Assembly: GCA_017416695.1 (NCBI GenBank)
Contig: JAFQBL010000147.1
Location: 1 to 50,900, forward strand
DNA from: Bacteroidales bacterium
Lineage (GTDB): Bacteria > Bacteroidota > Bacteroidia > Bacteroidales > G3-4614
Direction: 5' to 3'
Length of the DNA stretch: 50,900 nt
Both the position numbers and the translations under genes were made by a program. This document shows, piece after piece, positions 40,802 through 50,489 of this stretch; position 1 is the first letter of the stretch, and the number at the start of each line of letters is the position of its first letter. A model generated the notes under the pieces. It ran no database searches. It saw only the letters and a list, made by a program, of their open reading frames with translations, and was not told the origin of the DNA.

Positions 40802-43060
40802 TTATTCAATTCTTGTGGCAGATTTAACTTCTGCAATTTTTTTGAGGCTTGAACATAGTGCAGTAATCTTTTTTGCATCATTAACCATAATAGAGAGTCT
40901 GCCAGTGAAAAGTCCATCTTTAGTCTCAATTGTAATAGCACGAATATTTATTGCCATATCGCGAGATATGATTTGTGTAATATGATTTAATACTCCAACG
41001 GAGTCAATTCCGTTTATCTCAATTGTTGCAGCAACAGGTTTCTGTCCAACTCCTTCAATCCATCGTGCAGCAACGAGTCTCTCTCCAAAACTGCTTTTTA
41101 GACGAGTGGCAACAGAACAATCAACCTTGTGTATTGTAACTGTTTCGTTGTCGTTTACATAGCCAATAACCTCTTCGCCTGGAATAGGGGTACAACACGA
41201 AGCAAATGTGTATCGTTTTCCCTCCTCTTCGGGGCGGATATAGAATATTGATGTGCGATCAATAAATTCGTTGTCATCCTCCTCCTTCTCTTTCTCTTTG
41301 TCGGGAGTTTTGTTTAAGGTAAGGGCAGAGAAAGGTTTCTTAAGGTATCTGATAATAATATTGTCGCTCTTCTCTCCTGTAACTTTCAATATGTTAGCAT
41401 CAAGGGTAATATCTCCGTTGCCTATAAGAAAGAAAAGTTCATCTCTGCGATTTACCTTGAAGTGGTTTATTAGTCGCTTTATTAGAGCCTCAGTATCAAT
41501 AGTTTCACTTTGAGACTCGATAAAAGCCTTAAACATAACCTCTCCTTTTGATGCTATGTTTTTTCTGTCTTTTCTAAGAGCCGCAATAAGTCTGGTCTTG
41601 GATTTTGCAGTTGTAATAAAGTTTATCCACTCCTGTTTGGGACGTTGTGATTTAGATGTTAATATCTCTACCTGATCTCCACTTTGTAACCTTTGGCTTA
41701 AAGGTACAAGTTTATGGTTTACTTTTGCTGCAATACAATGGTATCCAATGTCAGAATGTAGTGTGAATGCAAAGTCAAGGGCTGTGGCATCTTTGGGGAA
41801 TGTTTTAATATCTCCTTTGGGCGTGAAAACAAAAATCTCAGATGCGTATAGATTGAGTTTTATAGTATCCAGAAAGTCAAGTGCGTTAGGTTCGGGATGC
41901 TCTAAAATCTCCTTAATGGTTTTTAGCCATGTATCAAGTTCATTTTCGCGTTCGTTGTAGTCTGTATTCTCTCCTGTTTTGTATTTCCAGTGAGCGGCAA
42001 ATCCACGTTCGGCAATCTCGTCCATCTTCTTTGAACGAATTTGTACCTCAACCCAGTTGCCATCTTTACCCATAACCGTCACGTGTAGAGCCTGATAGCC
42101 ATTTGCTTTAGGCCTGCTGATCCAATCTCTGATGCGATCGGGATGTGGACGATATATATCGGTTATTATAGAGTATATCTCCCAACACTCACGTTTTTCA
42201 TCCTCTTCTCTTTTAGGGGTGAAAATTATTCGTGCAGCATAAAGGTCATATACCTCTTCGAAAGGGATATGTTTATTCTCCATCTTCTTCCAGATAGAGT
42301 ATATGCTCTTTATTCTTGCTTTTATCTCGTAACTTATACCGAGTTCGTTGAGTTTTTCAACAATAGGAACAGAGAAGTTCTTAAACTCGGTTTCCCTCTC
42401 AGATTCCGAAGCAGAAATCTTTTGTTTTATCTCGTTGTATATTTCGGGTTGTTCATATTTAAAACTCAGATCCTCCAACTCTGTCTTTATTGCGAACAAT
42501 CCCAACCGATGAGCAAGAGGTGCATAAATATATAACGTTTCTCCTGCTATTTTGTGTTGTTTGCTTTTGTATAGCGATGATAGGGTACGCATATTGTGGA
42601 GACGATCAGCCATCTTAATCAGAATGACGCGAATATCTTCCGACATTGTAATAAGCAACTTTCTGAAGTTTTCTGCCTGTTGTGATGCTTTATCTCCAAA
42701 TATACCCCCTGCAATTTTTGTTAGTCCATCAACAAGTTGAGCAATCTTTTTACCAAACAGATTCTCAATGTCTTCGATGGTATATTCTGTGTCCTCTACA
42801 ACATCGTGAAGTAGAGCGGCACATATTGAAGTGGAGCCCAATCCTATCTCTTTGCACGCAATGCGTGCTACGGCAATCGGGTGTAGAATATATGGTTCTC
42901 CTGATTGTCGTAGAACGCCTTGGTGAGCCTCTTTTGCAAAGTGATAAGCACGCTCAATTATTTCGGTTCTTTTGCGGTGATTTGAAGATAAGTATTCCGA
43001 AAGCAGTTTCTGAAATTCCCCTTCAATCAACTCCTCTTCCGATATTTTGCTATTGGGCAT
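40802..43060 (-). CDS. Bifunctional (p)ppGpp synthetase/hydrolase (RelA/SpoT homologue)
   Basis: HD hydrolase motif (LLHDVVEDT), a synthetase region (YQALHVTVMG), a TGS region and a C-terminal ACT-like domain. 752 aa. Confidence 0.93.
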   Translation of the reverse strand: MPNSKISEEELIEGEFQKLLSEYLSSNHRKRTEIIERAYHFAKEAHQGVLRQSGEPYILHPIAVARIACKEIGLGSTSICAALLHDVVEDTEYTIEDIENLFGKKIAQLVDGLTKIAGGIFGDKASQQAENFRKLLITMSEDIRVILIKMADRLHNMRTLSSLYKSKQHKIAGETLYIYAPLAHRLGLFAIKTELEDLSFKYEQPEIYNEIKQKISASESERETEFKNFSVPIVEKLNELGISYEIKARIKSIYSIWKKMENKHIPFEEVYDLYAARIIFTPKREEDEKRECWEIYSIITDIYRPHPDRIRDWISRPKANGYQALHVTVMGKDGNWVEVQIRSKKMDEIAERGFAAHWKYKTGENTDYNERENELDTWLKTIKEILEHPEPNALDFLDTIKLNLYASEIFVFTPKGDIKTFPKDATALDFAFTLHSDIGYHCIAAKVNHKLVPLSQRLQSGDQVEILTSKSQRPKQEWINFITTAKSKTRLIAALRKDRKNIASKGEVMFKAFIESQSETIDTEALIKRLINHFKVNRRDELFFLIGNGDITLDANILKVTGEKSDNIIIRYLKKPFSALTLNKTPDKEKEKEEDDNEFIDRTSIFYIRPEEEGKRYTFASCCTPIPGEEVIGYVNDNETVTIHKVDCSVATRLKSSFGERLVAARWIEGVGQKPVAATIEINGIDSVGVLNHITQIISRDMAINIRAITIETKDGLFTGRLSIMVNDAKKITALCSSLKKIAEVKSATRIE

Positions 43061-43108
43061 CTCTCTATAAGTTAATCTATACCTTTACTTATCACTAAAT
43101 AACTCTTT

Positions 43109-44092
43109 TTAGATAGAAAGAGTTTTTAGAGTGTTAAGCAGGTCTCTGTTTATAGGTTTGTCATATTTGATGGCTTTTGAGAAAGGTACATAAACAATCT
43201 CGTTGTTTCTCACGCCAATCATTACGTTGCGTTGGTCATCTAATAGAGCCGATATTGCAGCCTCTCCCATTCTGCTCGCAAGTATGCGGTCTTCTGCTGT
43301 GGGAGAACCTCCGCGTTGAAGGTGTCCTAATATAGATACTCTAACGTCGTATTTGGGGAACTCCGCTTTAACACGTTCAGCCAAGTGTATTGCACCTCCT
43401 GTATGAGGACTCTCGGCAACCAATACAATACTACTGTTTTTTGATTTTCTGAAACCATTGTTAATCAACTCCTCAAGTTGGTCAACCTCTGTTGAAATTT
43501 CAGGAATGATTGCTGCCTCTGCTCCAGCAGCAATGGCACCATTAAGTGCAAGGAATCCAGCATCGCGTCCCATAACTTCAATAAAGAACAAACGCTCGTG
43601 CGAGGTGGCTGTATCTCTAATTTTATCTACGCACTCCATAATTGTGTTTAGTGCAGTGTCGTAGCCAATAGTGCGATCTGTTCCATAAAGGTCGTTATCA
43701 ATAGTGCCAGGAATCCCAATAATAGGGAAGTTAAACTCCGTAGCAAACACTCTTGCTCCAGTTAAAGTACCATCTCCTCCAATTGCTACTATGGCATCAA
43801 TGCCATGTTTTTTCATATTCTCGTATGCAATTTTTCTTCCTTCCGGTGTGGTAAACTCTTTGCAACGAGCAGTTTTTAGAATAGTACCGCCCATTTGAAT
43901 GATATTACTTACGTTTTGAGTTTTAAAGTCAACAATATCGTTGTCTATAAGACCTTTGTATCCTCTATAAATACCTTTTACGCTGAAACCATTGTAGATT
44001 GCTGTGCGTGTTACGGCACGTATGGCCGCATTCATACCGGGGGCATCACCTCCTGAGGTGAGTATGCCTATACATCTCTTTTTTTCGCTCAT
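43109..44092 (-). CDS. pfkA: ATP-dependent 6-phosphofructokinase
   Basis: [24 protein letters not shown] and PGTIDND motifs. 327 aa. Confidence 0.95.
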   Translation of the reverse strand: MSEKKRCIGILTSGGDAPGMNAAIRAVTRTAIYNGFSVKGIYRGYKGLIDNDIVDFKTQNVSNIIQMGGTILKTARCKEFTTPEGRKIAYENMKKHGIDAIVAIGGDGTLTGARVFATEFNFPIIGIPGTIDNDLYGTDRTIGYDTALNTIMECVDKIRDTATSHERLFFIEVMGRDAGFLALNGAIAAGAEAAIIPEISTEVDQLEELINNGFRKSKNSSIVLVAESPHTGGAIHLAERVKAEFPKYDVRVSILGHLQRGGSPTAEDRILASRMGEAAISALLDDQRNVMIGVRNNEIVYVPFSKAIKYDKPINRDLLNTLKTLSI

Positions 44093-44215
44093 TGTAGTAA
44101 ATTATTTACTGCGAAGATAATAAATATTTTATAAAAGTGTATAGGATTACAAGAAAAGAGTATTGGACCCTTTTAAAATTTAAAAAAATAAGATTGTTGA
44201 ATTGTTGTCTCTTTT

Positions 44216-45091
44216 TTACAGTTTGCCATTAACTATGTTTATTACATATTCGGCAATCTCTTCCATAAGCCATTTTGGTGTAGATGTGGCACCACATATA
44301 CCAATGCTCTTTTTGTTGGTTAGATATTGATTATCAATCATTGATATATTTGAAATCATATGAGTGTCGGGGTTGACTTTTTTACACTCTTCAAACAAGA
44401 CCTTGCCGTTTGAACTCTTTTCGCCACATACAAAAAGAACAACATCGTGTTTGGTTGCAAACTCTCTGATATTTGGTATTCTGTTTGCTACCTGGCGGCA
44501 AATAGTGTCGTGATACTCAAGCATATTGTCGTTTGCCTGTAAACTGCGTAGTCCTTCTGCCATTTTGTTTAGTCCCTCAACTGACTTTGTTGTTTGAGAG
44601 TAGAGGAGAATCTTTTTTGATGTATCAACAAGACTCCAGTCTTCACTGCCCTCAATTACAATGGCTTTGCCTTCGGTTTGCCCAACAAGACCATTAACTT
44701 CGGCATGTCCGCGTTTACCATAAATAACAATCTCTTCGTTCTCACTGCTTCCGTTGATGTACGACTCTTTTATTTGTTGTTGTAAGCGAAGTACCACAGG
44801 ACATGTGGCATCTATAATTTCAATGTTATTCTCTTTTGCAATGCGATATGTTTCGGGGGGTTCTCCATGAGCCCTTAGTAGTACTTTTACATTCCTCAAA
44901 CGTTTAAACTCTTCATGGTTTATAGTAACCAGTCCCTTCTGTTTAAGCCTTTCAACCTCTTCGTTATTATGCACAATATCTCCAAGACAATATAGAGTAT
45001 TGCCCTTTTTGAGTTCCTCTTCGGCTTTTTTTATGGCAGTTACCACTCCAAAACAAAAGCCCGATTTACTATCTATCTCAACAATTGGCAT
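44216..45091 (-). CDS. ispH: 4-hydroxy-3-methylbut-2-enyl diphosphate reductase
   Basis: MPIVEIDSKSGFCFGV..., ATCPVV, and LytB-like length. The start is set at the internal ATG (45091), which removes the overlap with the upstream gene. Confidence 0.9.
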   Translation of the reverse strand: MPIVEIDSKSGFCFGVVTAIKKAEEELKKGNTLYCLGDIVHNNEEVERLKQKGLVTINHEEFKRLRNVKVLLRAHGEPPETYRIAKENNIEIIDATCPVVLRLQQQIKESYINGSSENEEIVIYGKRGHAEVNGLVGQTEGKAIVIEGSEDWSLVDTSKKILLYSQTTKSVEGLNKMAEGLRSLQANDNMLEYHDTICRQVANRIPNIREFATKHDVVLFVCGEKSSNGKVLFEECKKVNPDTHMISNISMIDNQYLTNKKSIGICGATSTPKWLMEEIAEYVINIVNGKL

Positions 45092-45114
45092 AATTATTTT
45101 TGTTTTTTTTTGAG

Positions 45115-45963
45115 TTACTCCTCTATGATATTGGTAAAATCTTGCCACTCTTGAATTCTAATATAGCCATTCTTTGTATTGGGAGGGACAATAAGAGTCA
45201 TATTTATTGGGCGAATATCTCCAAAAGCAAATTTCTCGCAGAAGGGGATGTATGCTGTTCCGTTACAGCGAACAACTTTTAATTTGTAACAATTGCCAAA
45301 AGCATACAAACCAATAAGTTTTGTTTTGTGCCATATGGTAATCTCTTCGCCCAAATTGTAGCAATTGAAGAATGCACTTCTTCCCAAACGTTCCAGACCT
45401 ACGGGTAAATTAATCTTCTCAAGTTTATGACAATCCATAAAAGCATAGTCGCCAATAACCTTTGTACTATCATGTAAGATTACCGATTTAAGATCTTTGC
45501 AACCTTTAAAAGCCATACCATCTATCTCTGCTACGGCAGGAATTTTAACCTCTTTCAAACCTGTGTTGCCAAAAGAGTAGTATCCAATCTTAGTAATATA
45601 TTCTGGTAGAGAAATATTAGTGATTGTAGTGCAGTTTCTGAATGCATCATCGCCAATGTACTCAATACCTATTGGAAGAGATACGCTTGTTAAAGCATTG
45701 CAATTTTTGAAAGCAGCATTGTCTATGCCACCAACAATATATTTTGTTCCGTCAATTGTAATGTATGTTGGAATTACAATATCACCAACGTAGCAACCCT
45801 TATCAGCATCTTTGTATGTTACGTAAACAATTTTAGGATTTTGGGTTTTGTTGTAGTAGATAGTGTCGCCCCCGCTAACATCCTTAAGATCATATGCACT
45901 TATATTGCTAAAAGTAAGTAAAGCAAAAATAACAGCAAGTGTAGTTTTTAATGAATGTTTCAT
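45115..45963 (-). CDS. BspA-type leucine-rich-repeat protein, secreted
   Basis: Signal peptide MKHSLKTTLAVIFALLTFSNISA. Repeated I(G/E)..AF..C..L..(I/V).LP units. No T9SS CTD is evident. Confidence 0.8.
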   Translation of the reverse strand: MKHSLKTTLAVIFALLTFSNISAYDLKDVSGGDTIYYNKTQNPKIVYVTYKDADKGCYVGDIVIPTYITIDGTKYIVGGIDNAAFKNCNALTSVSLPIGIEYIGDDAFRNCTTITNISLPEYITKIGYYSFGNTGLKEVKIPAVAEIDGMAFKGCKDLKSVILHDSTKVIGDYAFMDCHKLEKINLPVGLERLGRSAFFNCYNLGEEITIWHKTKLIGLYAFGNCYKLKVVRCNGTAYIPFCEKFAFGDIRPINMTLIVPPNTKNGYIRIQEWQDFTNIIEE

Positions 45964-46118
45964 ATTATGTAAGTTTAATTTAAAATTAAATTCATCGCAA
46001 ATTTAATTAATTATACCATAATTTTTACCTCTTGATATAATCAAAACGATATTTTTACGTTATTATTTTGTAGTTTTGCTAACTAAATAGTGTCTTAAAA
46101 CTCTTTATGCTTGAGTTA

Positions 46119-46134
46119 TTGATAAGATTATCAA
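46119..46134. promoter_or_regulatory. 16-nt palindrome TTGATAAGATTATCAA 15 nt upstream of the porQ-like start
   Basis: 7-bp arms TTGATAA / TTATCAA with a 2-nt spacer, read directly. Confidence 0.25.
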
Positions 46135-46149
46135 GGAAATAGAACTATA

Positions 46150-47169
46150 ATGAAGAGAATTGTTTTTTTTGCGCTAATGCTCTTGGTGTCGGTAACGGCA
46201 AAGTCGCAGGAGGGAAAGTCGGCATTTGATTTTCTCGGTTTGCCTGTGTCGTCGCATGCCAATTCGTTAGGAGGGAACAATATCTCTATTATTGAAGAAG
46301 ATGTCTCTATGGTTCGTTATAATCCTGCACTGTTGGGCCCTGAAATGGATATGATAATTGACCTTAACTATATGCGATATATGGCAGGGACAAACTCGGC
46401 AGGAGCAATGTTTGCAAAGGCGGCAGGAGATAGAGCAGCGTGGTCGGCAGGGTTGCAATATGTAGGTTATGGTAATTTAACCGAAGCAGATGCTCAAGGG
46501 AATATATTGGGTACGTTCTCGGCAAAAGATATGGTGATAAGCGGAGGTTATACCCACGACTTTGGAGCAAGGTGGCGAGGAGGATTTCAAGCAAAACTAA
46601 TATATTCTGCTTATGCCGATTACTCATCGTTGGCTCTTGCTGTTGATTTAGGTCTTAACTACTATAATCCCAATAAAGAGTTTTCAATGTCGTTAGTATT
46701 TAAAAACTTGGGAGGTCAGTTAAAACGCTTTACCGAAACTCACGAACGCTTACCATGGGATATACAATTTGGATTATCAAAAACGATGCGTAGTGTACCA
46801 ATTAGGTGGTCAGTAACAGTTGACCATTTAAGCAAGTGGCACTTGCCATATACTAAACCGCGTACCGATGAATTTTCGGGTGGAGAAGTTCTTGAAACAA
46901 AAGATACCTTCTTCTCAAATCTGTTCCGACATATGATTTTTGGTGTAGAGTATATTCCAAGTCGAAATTTTTATATAGCTTTGGGATATAATTATAAAAC
47001 GCACACTGATATGCTTCGTTACGGAAGAAATTTCTTGTCGGGATTTACATTTGGAACAGGCGTGCAGGTAAAGATGGTAGGACTTGGAATATCAGTGGCA
47101 AATCGCCATGCAAAGGCTACAATGTTTATGTTCAACATTAATATGCGTTTAAACGATTTTAAGCGATAA
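46150..47169 (+). CDS. porQ: Type IX secretion system outer-membrane protein PorQ family
   Basis: 339 aa with a signal peptide and N-terminal [38 protein letters not shown], which fits the PorQ-family pattern as I recall it. It has beta-barrel-like alternating sequence and lies upstream of cmk. Confidence 0.6.
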   Translation: MKRIVFFALMLLVSVTAKSQEGKSAFDFLGLPVSSHANSLGGNNISIIEEDVSMVRYNPALLGPEMDMIIDLNYMRYMAGTNSAGAMFAKAAGDRAAWSAGLQYVGYGNLTEADAQGNILGTFSAKDMVISGGYTHDFGARWRGGFQAKLIYSAYADYSSLALAVDLGLNYYNPNKEFSMSLVFKNLGGQLKRFTETHERLPWDIQFGLSKTMRSVPIRWSVTVDHLSKWHLPYTKPRTDEFSGGEVLETKDTFFSNLFRHMIFGVEYIPSRNFYIALGYNYKTHTDMLRYGRNFLSGFTFGTGVQVKMVGLGISVANRHAKATMFMFNINMRLNDFKR

Positions 47170-47182
47170 AAGAACTTTAAAT

Positions 47183-47872
47183 ATGAAAAAAATTACGATA
47201 GCCATCGACGGATTTTCATCATGCGGAAAGAGTACCATGTCAAAAGAGTTGGCAAAGAGAATAGGGTATGTATATGTTGATACAGGTGCTATGTATCGCG
47301 GAGTAACTCTATACTGTTTGCGAAATAACATGATTAAGGGTAATGAGGTAGATGAAGAGGCTTTAAAAGCCGAAATAGACAATATTTCAATTACCTTTGG
47401 AATTGATGAGGCTGGTACCCAATACCTTATGCTCAACGGAGAAAATGTTGAAAAAGAGATACGCGGGATGGAGGTCTCGGGTAAAGTAAGTATTGTTGCT
47501 GCAGTGCCATTGGTGAGAGAAGCGATGGTTGCTCTTCAAAGAAAAATGGGTGATAGCAAAGGTATTGTAATGGATGGTAGAGATATAGGAACAACTGTAT
47601 TTCCCGATGCCGAAATGAAAATATTTGTAACCGCATCGCCACAAATAAGAGCACAACGAAGATTGGATGAGATGCGTTCAAAAGGCAATAATGAAGTAAC
47701 CTTTGAAGAGGTGCTTTTTAATGTAGAAGAGCGAGATCGTATTGACCAGACACGTGCTGTAAGTCCGTTGAGAAAAGCAGATGATGCACTTGTGCTGGAT
47801 AACTCCAATATGAGCCTTGCAGAGCAGGATGAGTGGTTGATGAATGAGTTTCAAAAGAGAGTTACAGAGTAA
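47183..47872 (+). CDS. cmk: Cytidylate kinase
   Basis: P-loop [13 protein letters not shown], then DTGAMYR and [12 protein letters not shown]. Confidence 0.93.
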   Translation: MKKITIAIDGFSSCGKSTMSKELAKRIGYVYVDTGAMYRGVTLYCLRNNMIKGNEVDEEALKAEIDNISITFGIDEAGTQYLMLNGENVEKEIRGMEVSGKVSIVAAVPLVREAMVALQRKMGDSKGIVMDGRDIGTTVFPDAEMKIFVTASPQIRAQRRLDEMRSKGNNEVTFEEVLFNVEERDRIDQTRAVSPLRKADDALVLDNSNMSLAEQDEWLMNEFQKRVTE

Positions 47873-47898
47873 ATAATTACCAGAAAAAGATAGTAGCC

Positions 47899-48855
47899 GT
47901 GCAAACCGTTGAAGGATACATTGAACTAATAAACAGAGCAGTTGCAAATATTGAATACCCACAAACACCATTTGGGTTGTATGAGCCTGTAAAATATCAG
48001 TTAGACATGGGAGGTAAGCGAGTAAGACCTCTCTTGACTCTAATGGCATGTGATATGTTTGGTGGAGATGTAAACAGTGCTATATCTCCAGCATTAGGTT
48101 TAGAGATATTTCATAACTTTACACTATTGCATGATGACGTTATGGATAAGGCTGAGATACGGCGAGGACGTCCAACGGTACATATTGCGTGGAGTGAAAA
48201 TACTGCTATCCTTTCGGGCGATGCAATGCAGATTATTGCAACACAAAAGGTGTGCGATGCTCCTGCAAATGTACATAAAGAGGTACTTGACCTATATAAC
48301 AAAACGGCTTTAGAGATATGTGAGGGGCAGCAATACGATATGGAGTTTGAAAACCGCGATGATGTGACCGTTGAGGAGTATATAAATATGATTCGCTTAA
48401 AAACTGCTGTGTTGATAGGTTGTGCCTTAAAAATGGGAGCAATCATTGCAGAAGCAGCACCCGAACAGTCTGAGGCTCTGTATAAATTTGGCGAGAATAT
48501 AGGTTTGGCATTTCAATTGCAAGATGACTATTTGGATGTATATGGCGATGCCAAGACGTTTGGTAAGAAAATAGGAGGAGATATACTTAATAATAAAAAG
48601 ACCTATATGCTTATCTCTGCAATGACTTTAGCCAAAGGAGAAATCAAAGAGAGGCTTGTATCTCTTTTAGAGGGACCACAGGATGACAATAAGATAGAAC
48701 AGGTAACAGCCATATATAGCGAGTTGGGAATAGATAAGATGGCTCGCGAAAAAATATCGAAATATAGTCAAAAGGCATTGACTTACCTAAATGGAATACC
48801 CAATAACGAAGAGTTAAAGGCGTTTGCCAATTCGCTAACAGAGCGTAAATTATGA
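47899..48855 (+). CDS. Polyprenyl diphosphate synthase (trans-IPPS; short-chain FPP/GGPP-type likely)
   Basis: Asp-rich motifs LLHDDVMD and QLQDDYLD, and GKRVRPLL. GTG start at 47899 is assumed. Confidence 0.85.
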   Translation: MQTVEGYIELINRAVANIEYPQTPFGLYEPVKYQLDMGGKRVRPLLTLMACDMFGGDVNSAISPALGLEIFHNFTLLHDDVMDKAEIRRGRPTVHIAWSENTAILSGDAMQIIATQKVCDAPANVHKEVLDLYNKTALEICEGQQYDMEFENRDDVTVEEYINMIRLKTAVLIGCALKMGAIIAEAAPEQSEALYKFGENIGLAFQLQDDYLDVYGDAKTFGKKIGGDILNNKKTYMLISAMTLAKGEIKERLVSLLEGPQDDNKIEQVTAIYSELGIDKMAREKISKYSQKALTYLNGIPNNEELKAFANSLTERKL

Positions 48856-49613
48856 TATTTGATACTCATACCCATATATATCTATCGGAGTTTGATGAAG
48901 ATTGCCAGTTGGTAGTGCAACGAGCAAAAGAGAGTGGGGTAGTAATGATGATGCTACCCAATGTAGATATAGAGACAATAGAACCCCTAAAACGAGTACT
49001 AAACAGATATCCTGATTGCTGTATTGCCGCAATGGGGTTGCATCCTACTTCGGTAGAAGAGGATTACATGCAACAACTTCAGCAGGTTTATAATGAGTTG
49101 CTGTGTGGTAACTACAGAGCAGTTGGAGAGATAGGGATAGACTTGTATTGGGACAAAACCTATCGCTCTCAACAGATTGAGGTATTTGCAGAGCAGTTAA
49201 AGTGGGCAAAGGCTATGTTGTTACCAGTAATCATCCACAACAGAGAGGCTCTTAATGATACACTTCAAACCCTAAAACAAAACCCTGTTGAGAAATTTGT
49301 TATGCACAGTTTTGGAGGAACTCCCGAAGATGTAAAACGTGTGCGTGAGGTGGGTGATGCCTATTTTGGTATAAATGGAGTGGTAACATTTAAAAATGCA
49401 AGATTAGATGATACAATAAGGGAGATAGGTATCAGCAGGTTATTGGTTGAAACTGATGCCCCCTATTTAACTCCAGTTCCATATAGAGGAAAACGCAACG
49501 AACCCTCATATATAGTAAATACTATAAATAAGATAGCGGAGGTGCTTGAAATCTCTGCGTCAGATGTTCAAAAAGCAACCTTTGATAATGCTGTAAAATT
49601 CTTCTCTTTATAG
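48852..49613 (+). CDS. TatD-family metal-dependent hydrolase/DNase
   Basis: MIFDTHTHIY..., GEIGIDLYW, IHNREA and ETDAPYL motifs. ATGA overlap with the upstream gene. Confidence 0.9.
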   Translation: MIFDTHTHIYLSEFDEDCQLVVQRAKESGVVMMMLPNVDIETIEPLKRVLNRYPDCCIAAMGLHPTSVEEDYMQQLQQVYNELLCGNYRAVGEIGIDLYWDKTYRSQQIEVFAEQLKWAKAMLLPVIIHNREALNDTLQTLKQNPVEKFVMHSFGGTPEDVKRVREVGDAYFGINGVVTFKNARLDDTIREIGISRLLVETDAPYLTPVPYRGKRNEPSYIVNTINKIAEVLEISASDVQKATFDNAVKFFSL

Positions 49614-49691
49614 CCAATAAAGGTATCAATTCCCGAATTATCAACTCACTCTAATTTGTAAATATATTTTTGCAGATTTGCAATAAAAGAG

Positions 49692-49699
49692 TATTTTTG
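49692..49699 (+). promoter_or_regulatory. -7 box TATTTTTG upstream of tRNA-Pro
   Basis: Matches TAnnTTTG and ends 10 nt before the mature tRNA 5' end. Confidence 0.4.
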
Positions 49700-49709
49700 C
49701 ACCGCATTT

Positions 49710-49782
49710 CGGGGTATAGCGCAGTTGGTAGCGCGCCACGTTCGGGACGTGGAGGTCGGAAGTTCGAATCTTCTTGCCCCGA
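49710..49782 (+). tRNA. tRNA-Pro (anticodon CGG)
   Basis: Manual cloverleaf: acceptor CGGGGTA/TGCCCCG, D arm GCGC/GCGC, anticodon stem CCACG/CGTGG with loop TTCGGGA, and T arm GGAAG-TTCGAAT-CTTCT. Confidence 0.92.
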
Positions 49783-49786
49783 CAAA

Positions 49787-49828
49787 AGAGTAAGGAGCAA
49801 TTACAGTAATGTAGTTGCTCCTTACTCT
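49787..49828 (+). terminator. 14-bp hairpin after tRNA-Pro
   Basis: AGAGTAAGGAGCAA / TTGCTCCTTACTCT, followed by TATTTGT. Confidence 0.6.
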
Positions 49829-49979
49829 TATTTGTAAAAAAAAATGCCCACTCTCCTATAAATTTAAACTTCGGGTTTTCAATAGATTGCATAGGTAAAA
49901 TTATACAAAATGGTAATAATACCACAAAATGTATTGTAAATTTACAATATTGATTTTATCTTTGCACAACAATATTAAT

Positions 49980-50462
49980 ATGAATATAAAATTAGGAGTT
50001 ATGAGAATGAGAAGTTGTAAGTTTAAGGAGGAGAAATCACACGATTTTATTAAGGCATTTGAAGAGGAGTTGAAGGAGTTAGGAGATATGGCTCCATTTG
50101 AAGACCGCGAGAAGATAATAATGAAAACACTTTATAGTGGCAAGGGCCGTTACTATATAACTTTTGAAGAGGCTGCCCGAAGTGTGCGGAAAGTGCTGGA
50201 TCATCAAGCAATCAGATGTAAAAACGGATGTAAAATGGCTATGTATGAGGAGATGGCATTGAAAGTTGCAGATTATATGCAACGTCATCCTTCATATGAT
50301 TATAGGGCGGCTCTATACAGAGTATTGGCAGAGAGTAGAGCATCGCGTTTTTTCTTTGGAATGCAAACGGCAAAACTAATATTGTATCAGCACTATCGTA
50401 GCCGAGAAGAGCAAAAAGAGATTTGGCAAAACTTCGAGCAAACAAACAGACAGTTTAAATAA
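49980..50462 (+). CDS. Hypothetical protein (no recognisable family)
   Basis: Long ORF with coding-like composition. A -7 box TATCTTTG at 49957-49964 lies downstream of the tracked ATG 49929, so ATG 49980 (or 50001, preceded by AGGAG) is preferred. Confidence 0.5.
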   Translation: MNIKLGVMRMRSCKFKEEKSHDFIKAFEEELKELGDMAPFEDREKIIMKTLYSGKGRYYITFEEAARSVRKVLDHQAIRCKNGCKMAMYEEMALKVADYMQRHPSYDYRAALYRVLAESRASRFFFGMQTAKLILYQHYRSREEQKEIWQNFEQTNRQFK

Positions 50463-50489
50463 TAAATATATAAAAAGAAAAAGGTAGTT

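Noticed and set aside
45092-45148. 19-codon N-terminal extension of ispH (MARFYQYHRGVTQKKTKII)
   Set aside because: It would overlap the 3' end of the upstream LRR gene by 34 nt. The conserved LytB N-terminus starts at MPIVEIDSKSGFCFGV.
49641-49925. 94-aa minus-strand ORF spanning tRNA-Pro
   Set aside because: It is antisense to a well-formed tRNA and its terminator hairpin, so it is spurious.
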